Shown here in pieces: positions 39,373-52,379 of a stretch of 64,000 nt of DNA. Position 1 is the stretch's first letter. Each line of letters begins with the position of its first letter. Position numbers and translations under genes: made by a program. The notes below the pieces were generated by a model. It saw only the letters and a list, made by a program, of their open reading frames with translations, did no database searches and was not told where the DNA came from. The DNA is from Cercozoa sp. M6MM. Its lineage: Eukaryota > Protista > Endomyxa: Ascetosporea. The stretch lies in NCBI GenBank assembly GCA_040357565.1, contig JBDODJ010000011.1; one strand, written 5' to 3'.

Positions 39373-40387
39373 TTAGGAGACATACAAGGAGGCGGCAAAG
39401 ACAATGTCGCGCTTAATGAGTGCACTCGCGTGGTCGAGCTTTCGTGCCAGTTCCTGTGACCCAAAACAATCACTCAGGGGGGGGGGGGTAAGACGGAAAA
39501 GTTACGAAGTCGCCGAGCACGCGCGCAGCGTTGCGCACGCCGCGACAGGTCTCATCAAGTCGCACGATGGTTCGCACCTGTCGAGCAGCAGCAGTAGCAG
39601 CAGCAGGCATGAAAGCACCTGCATGGAGAAGGACAAGAGGAGGCTAGAAGTACCACAGTGCCTTCCTGCACCTGTCCGGGAACTGCGGCAGTGAGCGACT
39701 CGCTGAAAGACTTACCTTCTGCGCTCATTGCAATCAAATATATACATATACATATACATCTATCATGATACATCAAATATATATATCTATACATATTATA
39801 TCATTATATATATATAGATGTATCCATACATATGTAACAGTAGGAGGTACCAGCCCATCGTTTGGTGACAGTGACGAGACCAGGCTTGACTGTCTCCTCG
39901 ACGAAGGCCTCGGGCGACACCTCGATGTCATACTCGAGCATCTTGTGAGCGAGGTCTGCACACACACACACACACGTGAAGTAAAACAACACCTAGTGGT
40001 ACAGGGTACTTTCAGCAATGGCCTTGAGCGACTCGTACGCGTTCTCCAAATTGTCGCCTGCTTCTTCCCACTGACACAAGACACACATGGTTACCTCCCT
40101 CCCCAGCAAGTCTATCTCTCTGTGTAGCTTAGTTTTACATCAGGAGGATCCACACGACTCGGTTGGAACACGAGACACGACCTACACACAAAGAGACAGA
40201 TGAACGAGACAGACGGACCTCACATAGCCTCAGTGTCTACATTACACAGCCTGTCTTACAACAAAGCAGCGCATTCGGCAGCCGTCAGATCGGCCAGAAT
40301 GTTGCCGAACAAAAGTTCCGTCACCACGACGGCGTCGCAGGTCGATATCTCGCAGGCCACGCGACCCTGCAGACACTCGTATACAGG

Positions 40388-40474
<87 letters not shown>

Positions 40475-43400
40475 GACAGACACACACACAGACACACACA
40501 CAGACACACACAGACACACACAGACACACACACACAGACACACACACACACACAGACACACACACACACAGACACACACAGTACACAGAGCAATCTACCT
40601 TGGTCAGGACGGCCGAATGCTGATCCAGGTAGCCCAGTTCGCTCAGCAGGTGCGTGCGGTTTTCAAATCTGCCATAGACATAAACATACACACACACAGA
40701 GGGGGATGGGTCAGAGGGTAGCAGCAGGGCACTCGGCAATGAGGTCGACGTTGTCGTCGCTGAGACTCTCGTGGAGACTTTCGGCGGCGTGCTTCAGTTT
40801 CAGCAGACACGCCGTCTTGGCCAGCACGTCGGCTCGCTGCACCGGTGTCTACTCATGCCCAGCATGGACATATAGATATAGATCTATATACAACTAATGT
40901 ATATAAATACATTATCAATACATAAATATATCTATATATATAATAGATAAATATCTGTATATATATATATATATCTATCTATATTTATAATAGACCAATA
41001 TTACATAAATATATACGTGTATAACATAGATAGATGGAGGTAGACGTAGACACTACGAGGTCCAACGGCAGAGGCGGCAGCTGTTGTCGCGCGTGCTGCA
41101 CCTGCTGCAGCAGCTGGTGCTTGCGCTGCTGTCCGCGGCCTTGGAACGGCGGCAGCGACTCGCTGTTGCCATTGAGGGAGGAGGTATGAGGGAGGAGGTC
41201 GAGGGAGGAGGTATGAGGGAGGAGGTATGAGGGAGGAGGTATGAGGGAGGAGGTGAGGGTAATTTGGGGATGATAAGGCGAGGGAGGCTACCCCTGGTAT
41301 TGCAGCAGCAGGTCGACATTGTCGCGCAGAACGTCGTGCGATGCGCCGAGTCGCTTGCGCTGCAGCGTGTCGACATCGACCAGTCGTACCTGCTCGGCCA
41401 GCACTGCGTGCACCTCACTGGCCGCAAAGTCGCCCCACGTCACCTGCGACACGTGGCACACGGTTTCACACGTGTCAACTGACCACCGACTCAGTGACTG
41501 GGGGTCGTCAAAGTTACCAAAATCTCCTCCGACAGCGATCGCGCCTGCCAGACACCGCGGACGTTGCGCAGCCGCTGGCGCGTTTCTTGGAGTTCCCGCA
41601 GCCGCTGTCGTTGCTCGGCAAAGTCCGGACTGCTTGGCTATGTCACACACACACAAGGGTACAACCGTCCGTACACACTGACCCTGCTTGTCCAAGTGTA
41701 CCAGCACGGACAGCACGGTTAGTCTCTCGTTTCGCACGCCAACCACGACACCTCGGATCGACTGGGGAGTACAGAGGATGGGGGGGGGGGTGGTACAGGA
41801 AGGGTGGTACAGGAAGGGTGGTATAGGAAGAGTATACAGTACAAGAACATACCAGGTACTCGTCCACGCAGGTGTCAGTGTCACCGTCGGTATCAGTGTC
41901 AGTGTTACCGTCCATGTCACCGTCCATGTCACCGTCCATATGACCAGTGGCACGTGGCACGGTGACACAGCGCGGCACGAGACGCGTCTCCACCAGCGTG
42001 CCCTCCTGCAGCGGCGCTTGTCTGTTGCTGCGATCGCCACTCATGGACAGCAGCCAGCGCACCAGCTCGGTCTCACACTTGCGCAGGCCTACCGTTGTAC
42101 AGTACAGATGGACCCGTGTATGGACCGCGTACAGATCGACAGGTAGACTAGTGGTACGGGCATGTGCGGCTGCGTAGTCGACATAGTGCGTGAGCGACGG
42201 ATCGCGCTGCAGCAGCGTCTCGCGCGCCTCGCAGACGCGCGTCAGCTGCCGTCGCAGCTCTGGCCGCCGCCGCGCGTGCCGCAGCTCGCCGAAACTCCGA
42301 CGGATCAGCTCGGCCGCCGCCGTCACCTGGGAGGATACGGGGTGACATTAAGGAAGCAAGGAGGAAGCAAGAAGGAAGCAAGGAGGAAGCAAGGAGGAAG
42401 CAAGGAGGAAGTAAGGAGGAAGTAAGGAGGAAGTAAGGAGGAAGCAAGGGATAAAATGGGGTGGGGAGGGGGGGGGGTGAAACCTGGTTGCTCCGCAGCC
42501 AGTGCAGCGTCATGTGCCATGTCAAACGGAAGCGCGACTCGAGCATTTGCGCCTGTCCGCGCGTAATCTGCTTGAGACTGCCCGCCTCGGGAACCTCGTC
42601 TATTCGTACGGTACAAGCATCTTCAGGCTGCCTTCACCTTAAATAGTTAAGGGGGTGCTACGTACCCAGACACGCGACGACAACGTCGCCGAATTCGTCG
42701 AGTCCGCGGCGACCAGCGCGACCGGCCATCTGAGTGTACTCGCCTGTCCAAACAGACAATACACATGGACTCAACTGGTCGCGGTCCAAGGTGCAAGCTA
42801 GACTCAGGCAGACCCGGTACCAGGCAGCAGCGAGCGACGACCCTTGCCATCGTGCTTGGCCAGAGCGCCGAAAACAACGGTACGCACGGCAACGTTGACA
42901 CCCTACCGTTCCCGGTACATATGGACAGGACAAAAGTACAAACGTACAGGTCCTGGGTTCTATTTGTACCATCGCAAAGGTCTCCGTCGCGAACAGAACT
43001 TTCACGACGCTCTGCGCGAACGCGAGTTCCACTGTTTCCTGTCGGAAAAACACAATCGTCATTTGATTAAATATTTTGATAACTGGATTCGATGCTTGCG
43101 AGAACCTTCACAATCGGCAGCAGACCACCGTGGTGCACACCGACGCCTCTGAGCAAAGCATGGGGGGTAAAGGAGAGGTCGGGGAGGGGGGTAAAGCGCA
43201 AGAGCCTACCGCTCCAGAAGAGCGCGAACGTCGCGCAACTGCGGCAATTCGCGATCGTCGCCGTGCAGGCGTTTCTGCTCAAAACAGGTCCAAACTCGGT
43301 TCATTCCGTCCAAGTGGACCGCTTGTTTGGCTCTACTCTACCATGGCCATCTCCCACAAGTTGTGCAACGTCTGACGCGTGCTTTGGTCCTGTGCAACTT

Positions 43401-45692
43401 GCAGAAAGTGCAAGCTCTCTCTCTCTCCCAAGCAAGAAGCAAAAAGCTACCGAATAGTCGTGTGCTGTCGCGCATGCTTTCGCGTCTCTTTCCACCTGCA
43501 AAAACACTCAGAAAGAAATCAAAAACACAGAAAACAAAGCGAGCAAACGCACTTGCTTCTTGGAGAATAAGAAAATGACGAGTGGCAGTTTCTCTTGTTT
43601 TCCGGCCTGAAATTGCGAACAATTAGGCTACTATAATTCATCCAGAGACAAAAACGGTACATGAGCGAGCAGAGGCCGCCATTTGCAGCGTCGGATTTGT
43701 CGTTCACCTGGTTTCGGAGAAATACAAAGAATAAAACTTGCGTGACGTGTGTGGCAAACTGCCCCCAAAACTGCACTAGACACTCTAAAACACACCATTG
43801 CTGCCATTGCTGCCTTTGGTAGGTTTCTTGGCTCCACGTTTCTTGTCGCGTTGCTGGAGCAGAGCGCGACGTGCTTGATCGACCTGAAAATAAGAGGGTT
43901 CCACGCCTTCCAAACACAAGTTCAGCAAAACATGTCCGAGTGGGGGCGTACCTGCGGTGTGTCGAAGCGCGTGCCGTCCTGGAACATGATGGGGGCCCCA
44001 GCACCGGTCCACAAAAAGTGTCGCAGTGGCACAGGTCGGTGCATCGTAGCCAGCACGTACACGCGCCGCTGTCGCACGCGTCCGACCCTGCGTCCAATAG
44101 TACGGTACATAAACACAGTCCACGTGTACAGTCCACGTGTACAGTCCAAGTGTACAGTACAAGTGTACAGTCCAAGTGTATAGTACAGTGTACCATTCGG
44201 CGAACTCCTTGACGTTGGGCACAGTGGCCGACAGCATGACGAGCTTCACGTGGTCGGGCAGCATGATGATGACCTCCTCCCAGACGACGCCGCGCTCCGG
44301 GTCGTTCACGTAGTGCACCTCGTCGAACACGACGAATTCGACGTCGCGTATCACGTCGGCACCGCGGTACAGCATGCTCCGCAGGATCTCCTGCCGGCAG
44401 GAAGGGGGGATAAAGAAACTGGACTGGGAGAGGCAGGAAATACAGTAGTCATGACGAGACATGACGCGTCATCGCCATTGATCTGCGTGTCGCCCGTTAG
44501 CAGCCCCTTTAATTAACACACAATGGACTAGTCCATATGGACCACTGTATTGAGTTAAGGCTACGACATTCTCCTTGCCGAACGTGTCGCGGAAGTCGCG
44601 GAACTTTTGGTTTGACAACTGGGGGGGGGGAAGGGGGTGGGGGGTAGGGGGGTAGGGTAAGGGGTAAGGGAGGTAGGGTAGGGGTAAAGAAACCGTCTTG
44701 ATGGGACTCGTGTAGACAGCGCGTGTCAGGTGCTTGTGCGCCAAGGCCACGGCGTACTCGGCCACCACTGCATTGGGGTAAACAGGGGGGTAAACAGGGG
44801 GGTAAACAGGGGGGCAAACAGNNNNNNNNNNNNNNNNNNNNNNNNNNNNNNNNNNNNNNNNNNNNNNNNNNNNNNNNNNNNNNNNNNNNNNNNNNNNNNN
44901 NNNNNNNNNNNNNNNNNNNNNTTTTTTTTTTTTGTTATTGTCCCATCAGAAAACAAGAAAAAACACAAAGAAACAACAAAATGAACGACGACAAGAAACA
45001 AAAAACAACAAATCGACAGTAAAACAAAAAAAAACAACAAGTGAGCGAGAAAAAACAACAAGCAGCGAGAAAAAACAACAAGAGCGAGAAAAAACAACAA
45101 ACAAACTGACCTCGGAGAAACGCTTCGCGCTGTTGCTGCGCCGTCGTTGTGGCCGGCGCTGCTACCGCTTGCACCTGAGCATCCGCGCGGATGGCACATT
45201 GAGCAGTGTGTTCACAGTGCGTACCTCAAAAGTGTCAGTTTCGGCGCCCTCTTGTCCGTCCAGTCGGTCAATCTGCCACATTTTCGTATTTTCCACATGA
45301 AGAAAATACGGGAGCAAAAGAAGAAATTCAAGATTCACCTGCTGCTGCAACGAAAGTTGGCGCCGCTCAAGTCGCAGTTTCGACTCGCTGTGGTGCCGTG
45401 GGATCTAATGTGTACAAATGTCCAAATAGTACGGGGTACATTTGTACACACACGAATCCAAAGCGTGTAAATTTACATGCTCAATCGGGTCGATTTCCCA
45501 CTTCATTTGCGGCGTCGGACTCCACTGCAGGAGGAACGGTGCACGCCAAATAGTCAGACCGAGAGAAACTCAGTGTACCAGGGGCAGAAACGCGTCCAAT
45601 AACTCGTCCGGTCGGACCATTGGGAGTGACACCTCATCGTCCACCGTCGCTTCATTTGGACAGGGTGGAAATCCTGAGTCTGATCCAGCCAT
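39373..45692 (-). CDS. SKI2: SKI2-like DExH RNA helicase (SKIV2L/Ski2), interrupted by assembly gap
   Basis: VAEYA…[16 protein letters not shown]…[39 protein letters not shown]…[12 protein letters not shown]…FATETFAM…[15 protein letters not shown]…[13 protein letters not shown]-terminal part across the gap has a Ski2-like EAFLRG motif. Confidence 0.93.
40389..40580. repeat. (CA)n intronic microsatellite
   Basis: Direct inspection. Confidence 0.95.
41170..41260. repeat. GGGAGGAGGTATGA-type intronic minisatellite
   Basis: Direct inspection; a related AGGAGGAAG(C/T)A array lies at 42350-42450. Confidence 0.9.
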
Positions 45693-45865
45693 TAGAGGTG
45701 CTTATGTTAAACACACACAGACACACCTGTTTTAGTGTCTCGTAGGACAACAGAGGCAATTGCTTTTGTTTGTTAAGTGTGCGTCGATTTTGCGACAAAA
45801 ATCTGAATACTACAAGCCTTGATCAGCTGTCAAGAGCTTGCGATTGCTGCAGGGAGTGTGTAAGC

Positions 45866-46751
45866 ATGGCACACAAGTCGCCGCTTCGGTGGGCGCTGGC
45901 GCGGCACGGACAGAAACCTACCTCAAAATATTGGTGCGCCCAGTCTGTTGTTATTGTATTTTTGTGTATGTTGGAGAAACGCATATATGACAGGGATCGA
46001 GTGTATTCTCGCGGAATTGAGGATCCTGCGCTCATGCGATCGTTGTTGGTATCTGGTTTAGACATTTTTAACCTGCAGTGCACGCGAGAGTGCCCAGGAT
46101 GACCCGCATCTGTCGAAAGAGATAACTCAGAGTTCCGAAAGGTTTCAAGCTCTGCTTTGCGTTTTTTTTCAATCCAGTGTACGAGGTTTCTCTGTTTAGT
46201 GCCAAGCGCTTCTACGGCGACGGAGTTTGGCGTGAGCTGCGACTGCTCGATGATGTTTCAACGTAAATCCTCCTGCTGAGCGTGTGCTTGTGCGACTTCT
46301 ATTTGTGCTTGGTGTGCGCAGATACCAAACGAGACGAGAGAATTTTAAGAAAGCACTGCATCATGATGCCGTTCTGTGTGTTTCCTTTTCAGAATTCAGG
46401 GTTTCTGGATAACGGGCAGTGTTTAGTTTTCTGTAGGCAAGCAGTACTGTCAAACCCATCGGCTTGTCCCTTCCTGACGCTGGAAGCGCTGGCACTGGCT
46501 CAAAACCTCCTAGAGCCCGTATGCTTGTTCCCCTTGTTGCCAGCTGTCGATTACTTTTGCATTTCAGTCCGGCGCGCGGTTGTTCGCATGGAAACGCATT
46601 TTGGAAACCATCGCTTCACTCGTACGTTGAGCACTTGGTTGTCGAGGGATTGTACCGTGCGTGCATGTTGACAGAGAGACGAAAACAGCACATTGGGCTG
46701 GAGGATCAGAGGTACGGCATTCACTGTGTTGTGCTGAGTAGTTTGTTGTCA

Positions 46752-46786
<35 letters not shown>

Positions 46787-47690
46787 AATGCACAGGAGTC
46801 CACCCATCGCAGGACCGAACACTGGAGTTCCTGCGACTCTTCAGTCACACTGTAAGGTTTTGCCAAAAGTACCATGTGTGAGCACGTTTCTCTTTGCAGT
46901 GGCCGCTGGATGGCTCTCGTCTCAAGACGTTGTTTGAAGACACCAAATCGCACGATCAGCTGTTCGTTGCCGTTGTTGCTGTTCTCCAGGTGTGTGTTTC
47001 TTCAGGTGTGCCTGTACTCGAAGCCCGAGTCATATGACGCTTTCTCTGGCTACAGGACTACGCGATGCAACTGCCACCAAACTCAATTAACGCCGTCACG
47101 CGATCGAGCGTGCGGAGTGCTGTTGTAAGCTCGCGCTATGTCATTTGGGGGTCTGTTTGAATAGTGTTGTACTGGTGGTCATTAGATTAAAGCGTGGAAG
47201 AACGGTTCGATCCCACTGCCGCCAGTGCCTGTGCTTGTTTTGATGGTACTCACCTTTGCTTTCGTGGAGTTTAGACTCTTGGCATATCTCGTGTGTCTTG
47301 ATTGACACAGATCCGAGACACGATCGAGCAGCAGGACGCTTATATCAACTTCTCCCAAGTGCTTTCTGGCCTGCTGCGTGTCACTGTACCTTTCAATTCA
47401 CCGCACCGAACTGAACTGTCTGTTTGGTTTGTTTCTCATCCTCCCATTGTGCCCGCCAAACAGAAGCGAGCGGCGCCGACGGTGGATGCCGTCGAATTGC
47501 TCAACCGACTGCAGTACACCAGCTTTGATTCTATTGCTTGTGATCTCCTGCGCTGCGTATTGAGTGGTTTCGTAGATTGCATTCTCTCAAACATCGTGCC
47601 GTCCTCCAGATGTTGGGTGAGAACCTCGACGAGTCGCCTGAAGAACAAGACTCTTACGATGAGGACGACACGGACTCTGAGCTCCAGTAG
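45866..47690 (+). CDS. Hypothetical multi-exon protein with acidic C-terminus
   Basis: Series of short GT-AG-bounded exons (…IRDTIEQQDAYINFSQVLSGLL…) ending MLGENLDESPEEQDSYDEDDTDSELQ*. Confidence 0.6.
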
Positions 47691-48086
47691 CGCCTGTCGA
47701 CGTCACTAAACTTGACGTGCGCACGCGCGTGGCTTTCGGTTTCTTTTTATTCTCGTTCATTTTTCGTGCGGTGCGGTGCCATCATCGCATATCTCGCGAT
47801 GCATGCGATGTACCGTACGAGCGAACGCGAGGCAGAAGATACCAGATACTGGTTCATACAGCCAGCGCTAGATGCAGTACCGCACGGATGACCCCCCCCC
47901 CGAAGGCTTTAAGTTCCATTATTAGATGCCGTACGATACTGAGGTTACGGTACTGCGCTGTAGTGTAGTGCCACAGTAAAGTTCGGCAGTAGTCACGGTC
48001 GGGTACCATATAAAAACGCCACGCAACTGATCATGACCGCATATTCGTGAGCGAGCGGCAGGTGCAGTAAACTTAGAGTCGGTATG

Positions 48087-49955
48087 CTATCGTACGTGTA
48101 CACACGCACGCGGGCGTTGAGGTAACATGGCAGCTAGTGCAGTACCACGCGTTAAGTTCCTTCGCGTCCTTGCTTCAGCGAGATGGCAGTTGCAAAGAAG
48201 TCGACCGTGTCGCGCCAGTGCTGCCAGTCTTTGTGCTCGATGCATCCTGCGAGAGTGACTGAGACGCATCGCCTGTGAGCACGTCCATGGCAGCACTGAG
48301 TTCTCGCTCGCTCGTGACCGAGATTCGTCGTGTATCAGCCGTGGCAGTTGTCGCGTCGTCGTCCCCACCCGTGCAGTAGACCAACCCGAGGTTGCCCTGC
48401 AGAACTACAATGCCGTCAAAGTAGCAGCTAAATCTACTGTACCACAGCATTGAGTGGCCGCAGTTCAGTTCTGTCCGTGGCTTTGCTGCTTCGAGGTGTG
48501 TAGTTCGCTTGTGCGAAAATACCTTGGCGCGGCAAAACGCGCGAGCCTCGTCGTTGTTCGATTGGTTTCGCCTCCATCTTGGTCTTTGGCTTTATCTGTC
48601 TTGCTGCTCCTCGACGCTTTTGCCCGTTAGCGTTCAGCAACGCCGCTTCAGTTCGATACAATAGCTTGAGTTTTTCCAACTCATGAACTCGGCACTGTCA
48701 AGAACAAATACAGGACTTGCACTTGAGTCACAATGCACAATTAACTCCCTAAATGTGTGCCTACCACGACATTATCGGACACGTCAAAGAAAGCTGTTCG
48801 CACTTCGTCTTTCTGCGAAGAACGCAGGTCGGTGGCTAAATGTGTCCAATGTTTGAAACCCAAATCAACAAGCTGAAGGAGAGAGTTGTACCTCGGACAG
48901 ACCGAAGCGTACGCGTGTTGGGAGGGTACGACCGTGCAACCAGACCGTTGACGGAAGTGGCGGCGGATACGAGATTCGCGAAGCGTTGCTCGTCGGCGCG
49001 TTTGTCTTTCTCGGCAATGGCGAGCGCTTTGTTCAACTCCTTGTGCGACTGCGCGACATCAAGAATCTGCGTCTTCAGTTTCGAAATCTCGCTGTGCAGC
49101 GCGTCGCGTTTTTCCTGCGTGCTGGCGCTTCTTTGAGGCGACTTGGAGGCAATCTCTTTCGTCAGAGCTGAGAGCTGCCGTTCTTCGTTGATGAGATTGA
49201 CGATGGAATCCGTGATCTTCTTGGCATAGTCAATCACGTCGTCGGGCGTTGCGAACTTTGATTGCTGCTGCACGAGTCGCTCCATGAAGCGGTGGTACCG
49301 CGACCAGCGCCTGAGACGCCGACTCATCCTGCGTCGCAGTCTTCGTGCATCTCTCATCTCCTGCGACAGCTCGCCCACCTCACTGCGCATCGTGGCGATC
49401 TCCTGCGAGATTTCGCCGATCGCACGTTCATTCCGCGTGCGTTGCTTTTGCGCCTCCAGAATGTAGCGCTCAAAACTGCAATGCAGATTCAATTTTGAGT
49501 GAGTCAATGCTTAGGCGGCCAACTGACTTAAAAAGCTCTGAAGCTGTTGCAGTTTCAGTTTTATACCTTGCTCGATGTAGATCAAACTGCTTGCGTTTTT
49601 GATCGAGTGCTGCTCGGCGCTGTTCAAGCAGTTTCATGCGCTCGGCGTGAGCTTTTCGTCCGTCGTGCAGCTTTTCACCGACAAGGCGCAATTCGCGTCG
49701 TCGCACTTGCAGAGCCGTCTCCTGGTAAGCGTCGTCGTCAGTTTTCACTAGCGCTTGCCAGTCATCAACATTCAAGCCTTCTTCTTCTTCGATCGCTTGC
49801 GTCAGAAAGGCATGTTGTTGTGCTTTGGGCTAAGCAAAATCAGTTGAGTTCAGTTGTGTATGTTCACTCAGTTAAACAATTTGGTGCTTTCACAAGATAA
49901 CTGGTACCATTTCGCCCTTCAGCTCTCCGTCTGCGACTTTTTCTGAGTATTCCAT
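48087..49955 (-). CDS. Coiled-coil protein, CFAP73/CCDC42 (DUF4200)-like
   Basis: RRRELRLVGEKL…RMKLLEQRRAAL…FERYILEAQKQRTRNER…YHRFMERLV…F…DDVI pattern typical of DUF4200 ciliary coiled-coils; 3' end approximate. Confidence 0.65.
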
Positions 49956-50124
49956 GCTTAAAGCACTCCATTTGGACGGCGTGGTTGTTTAAATGGCGCA
50001 CTTTTGGTAAAACACGGTATCCGCGCGTCGCTTGATGAAATACCGGTAAAAAGTACTGCCAGGTACGAAGCGTGAACACTCTGTCTAAGTCTCGTCTCTA
50101 GATCTGAGGAATCGAGGTTAGACC

Positions 50125-52215
50125 ATGCAGCATCAACTGCTTCTTTGTGACCGACACGCTAGTGTGGAGCGGTTCACGTCGATTTTACTTGACGAAAAAA
50201 GGTAAAGTTCCATCACGGCTGCTGAAAGTAGCCAAACTTGTCGGTCGTATGCAGCGTTCCCTTTCAACGCTCCCATTCACTGTGTGCACAGGAAAGAAAC
50301 TGCACAGTTGGCTGAGGTGATTGATCTCAGCGGCAATGCAGCGAACAGTCAGAGTGTCGTCACAGCGTTGGGCGAGTTGCTTCGCGAAGCGACTCGAGTT
50401 CGCGTGCTTCGAATGCAAGAGATGTCGCTGCATTGTCTAGATTGCCTGGAGGGTCTTCGTTTAGCGTCTTCACTCGAAAGTGTCGATCTGTCAAACAACA
50501 GCATCGAGTCGCTCGATGGACTGATGCCGGTGCTCCAGTCCAACAGATCACCGACTGCGAGAACTCTCCACGTCGACCTGCGCTTTAACGCAATCTCCGT
50601 GCCAGCACTCGAGCACTTTCTCCGTCGACTCGAACAAAGCACACTCCGGTTTTCTCGTTTCGTTACGATCGATGTTTCCGCAAATGGCTTGCCTCCGCCG
50701 ATGCAGCGAAAACTGAATCAGACACTTCAAAACCTGCACACCGGATCGACACATCAAGCGAAACCAACCGTTGGAACAGAAGAGGAGAAGCAAAATTCAA
50801 TGCTTGAAAAGCCTAAAATGTCGAAAGTAGACTTTAGCGACATTCACGAGCGTACGTTGATGCCACCGGACGAGTTGGAAACGCACCTTTCAAACGCGAA
50901 CTTGCGACTTGAAATCACGCGAGTCCGACAGCGCAACAAATCGCTCGAATACACGCTGACACAGCAGTCGCAAACTGAGCAACAACTGCGCGCACAGTGC
51001 GAAGAAAGTGACCGACGTTTGTCGACGCAGAAAGGTGCTTTCGAACTCCGACTGAACGTACTGACGCGAAAGTTGCACGAAACTCAAGAAAATCTCTCAA
51101 CTGAGTCGTCGAGGTCAGTTGTCTTTTGTGCTTTCAGTTGCCCAAAATGATGTCCAAAGGTTTACAGCATTCTGCAATGATGTCCATAGGTTTAAAGCAC
51201 AACGAGAAGAAGCAAAAAAGAAGAGGATAGAGTTAACCAAACGCGTACACGAACTGGAAGCACAGAATGAAAGCGCCGAAGGTGACAAGCAAAATGCGGT
51301 GCAAACGGTTCGTATTGAACTCGAGAACAAAATGAGTGATCTTAAAAGATCAAAGGTACTGTCAGTGTTTTCTAAAACAGTTTATGGATGCGAAACAAGC
51401 TGGTGAATTGTTTCTTTTTGAAGCTAAAGCTTGAAGAAGAGCTGGTTAACTTCCAACACAGAGAAACTGAACTAAAAGAGAAACTGCACGAAGCAAACGC
51501 AGTCGCTGCCGGTTTGCGTGCGAGCGTCGTTGAAAAGTCCAAAAGCGCGCAGGCAAAGGACGAGGAACTTGAAGCAGCATCGCTCAAGCAGCGTCAACTG
51601 ACAGTGGAATGCGACAAACTAAAGCACAAACTGAAGCAACAAACGCTGCTGAACCAGAAGCGAGAAGCACAGGCACGCCAACTCGAGAGCGAAATCGAAT
51701 CGCGTACGACTGAGCTTGAGTTGTCGCGTCAGAAGGCGAAACAACTCGAGCAAGAACTCGACCAGTCTCGACTTTCTGCGCGAAAGCAGCGACACCAGCT
51801 TGAGGCTCGACTCGCCGAGCAGCTCGAGGACGCGCAACGCAGCGCGCGACGCGCTCGAAAACTGCAGCTCGAGTGTTCTAACCTGGTATAGTACATCACT
51901 TTTGCATTAACAATTGAGCCTTAACGAGGTGCCTGCATGCATGCGCAGAGAGCGAAAGTGCACGAAGCGGTCCGAACCCTCACCGGCGGTTCTTCCACCG
52001 TCCCTCGTGATCGCTCGCCATCTCCTGCGGTGACACCGCAGAAACCGAAAGAACCGCGACTGCAAGTGCCAAAAGTCCGTCAGCGACTCAAGGTTTCTGC
52101 TGGGAGCGCCCAAAGTGTCAGCACCTCCGTTCTAGACGACTCGGACGATAGCCTTGATGCTACTAAATATAGTATCGGCTCCGACACGGGGAGCTCTATC
52201 GAGATTATCGTTTAG
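50125..52215 (+). CDS. Leucine-rich repeat plus coiled-coil protein
   Basis: IDLSGN, LESVDLSNNSI, VDLRFNAI, IDVSAN LRR motifs followed by long heptad-rich exons (50284-51891). Confidence 0.85.
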
Positions 52216-52379
52216 CTTAGTTCAAGAGACTACAGAGATAAAAGCTGTGTGCAGCTGTGAACTACTCACACCAACAAAAGCACTCAAGCTCAAGGTCATA
52301 CTGTAAGTTTACTGTAAATTTACAGTGTCATGATCTCTCCTTTTAAATTTAAAATATAGTGGTTGGGGGCAGTAAATTG

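Noticed and set aside
18656-45692. Functional cluster of RNA/ribosome quality-control genes (NEMF, ENDOV, SKI2)
   Set aside because: They are interspersed with unrelated genes in mixed orientation; there is no evidence beyond chance.
47200-47225. tRNA T-loop-like GGTTCGATCCC
   Set aside because: No T-stem pairing or cloverleaf; it lies in a probable coding exon.
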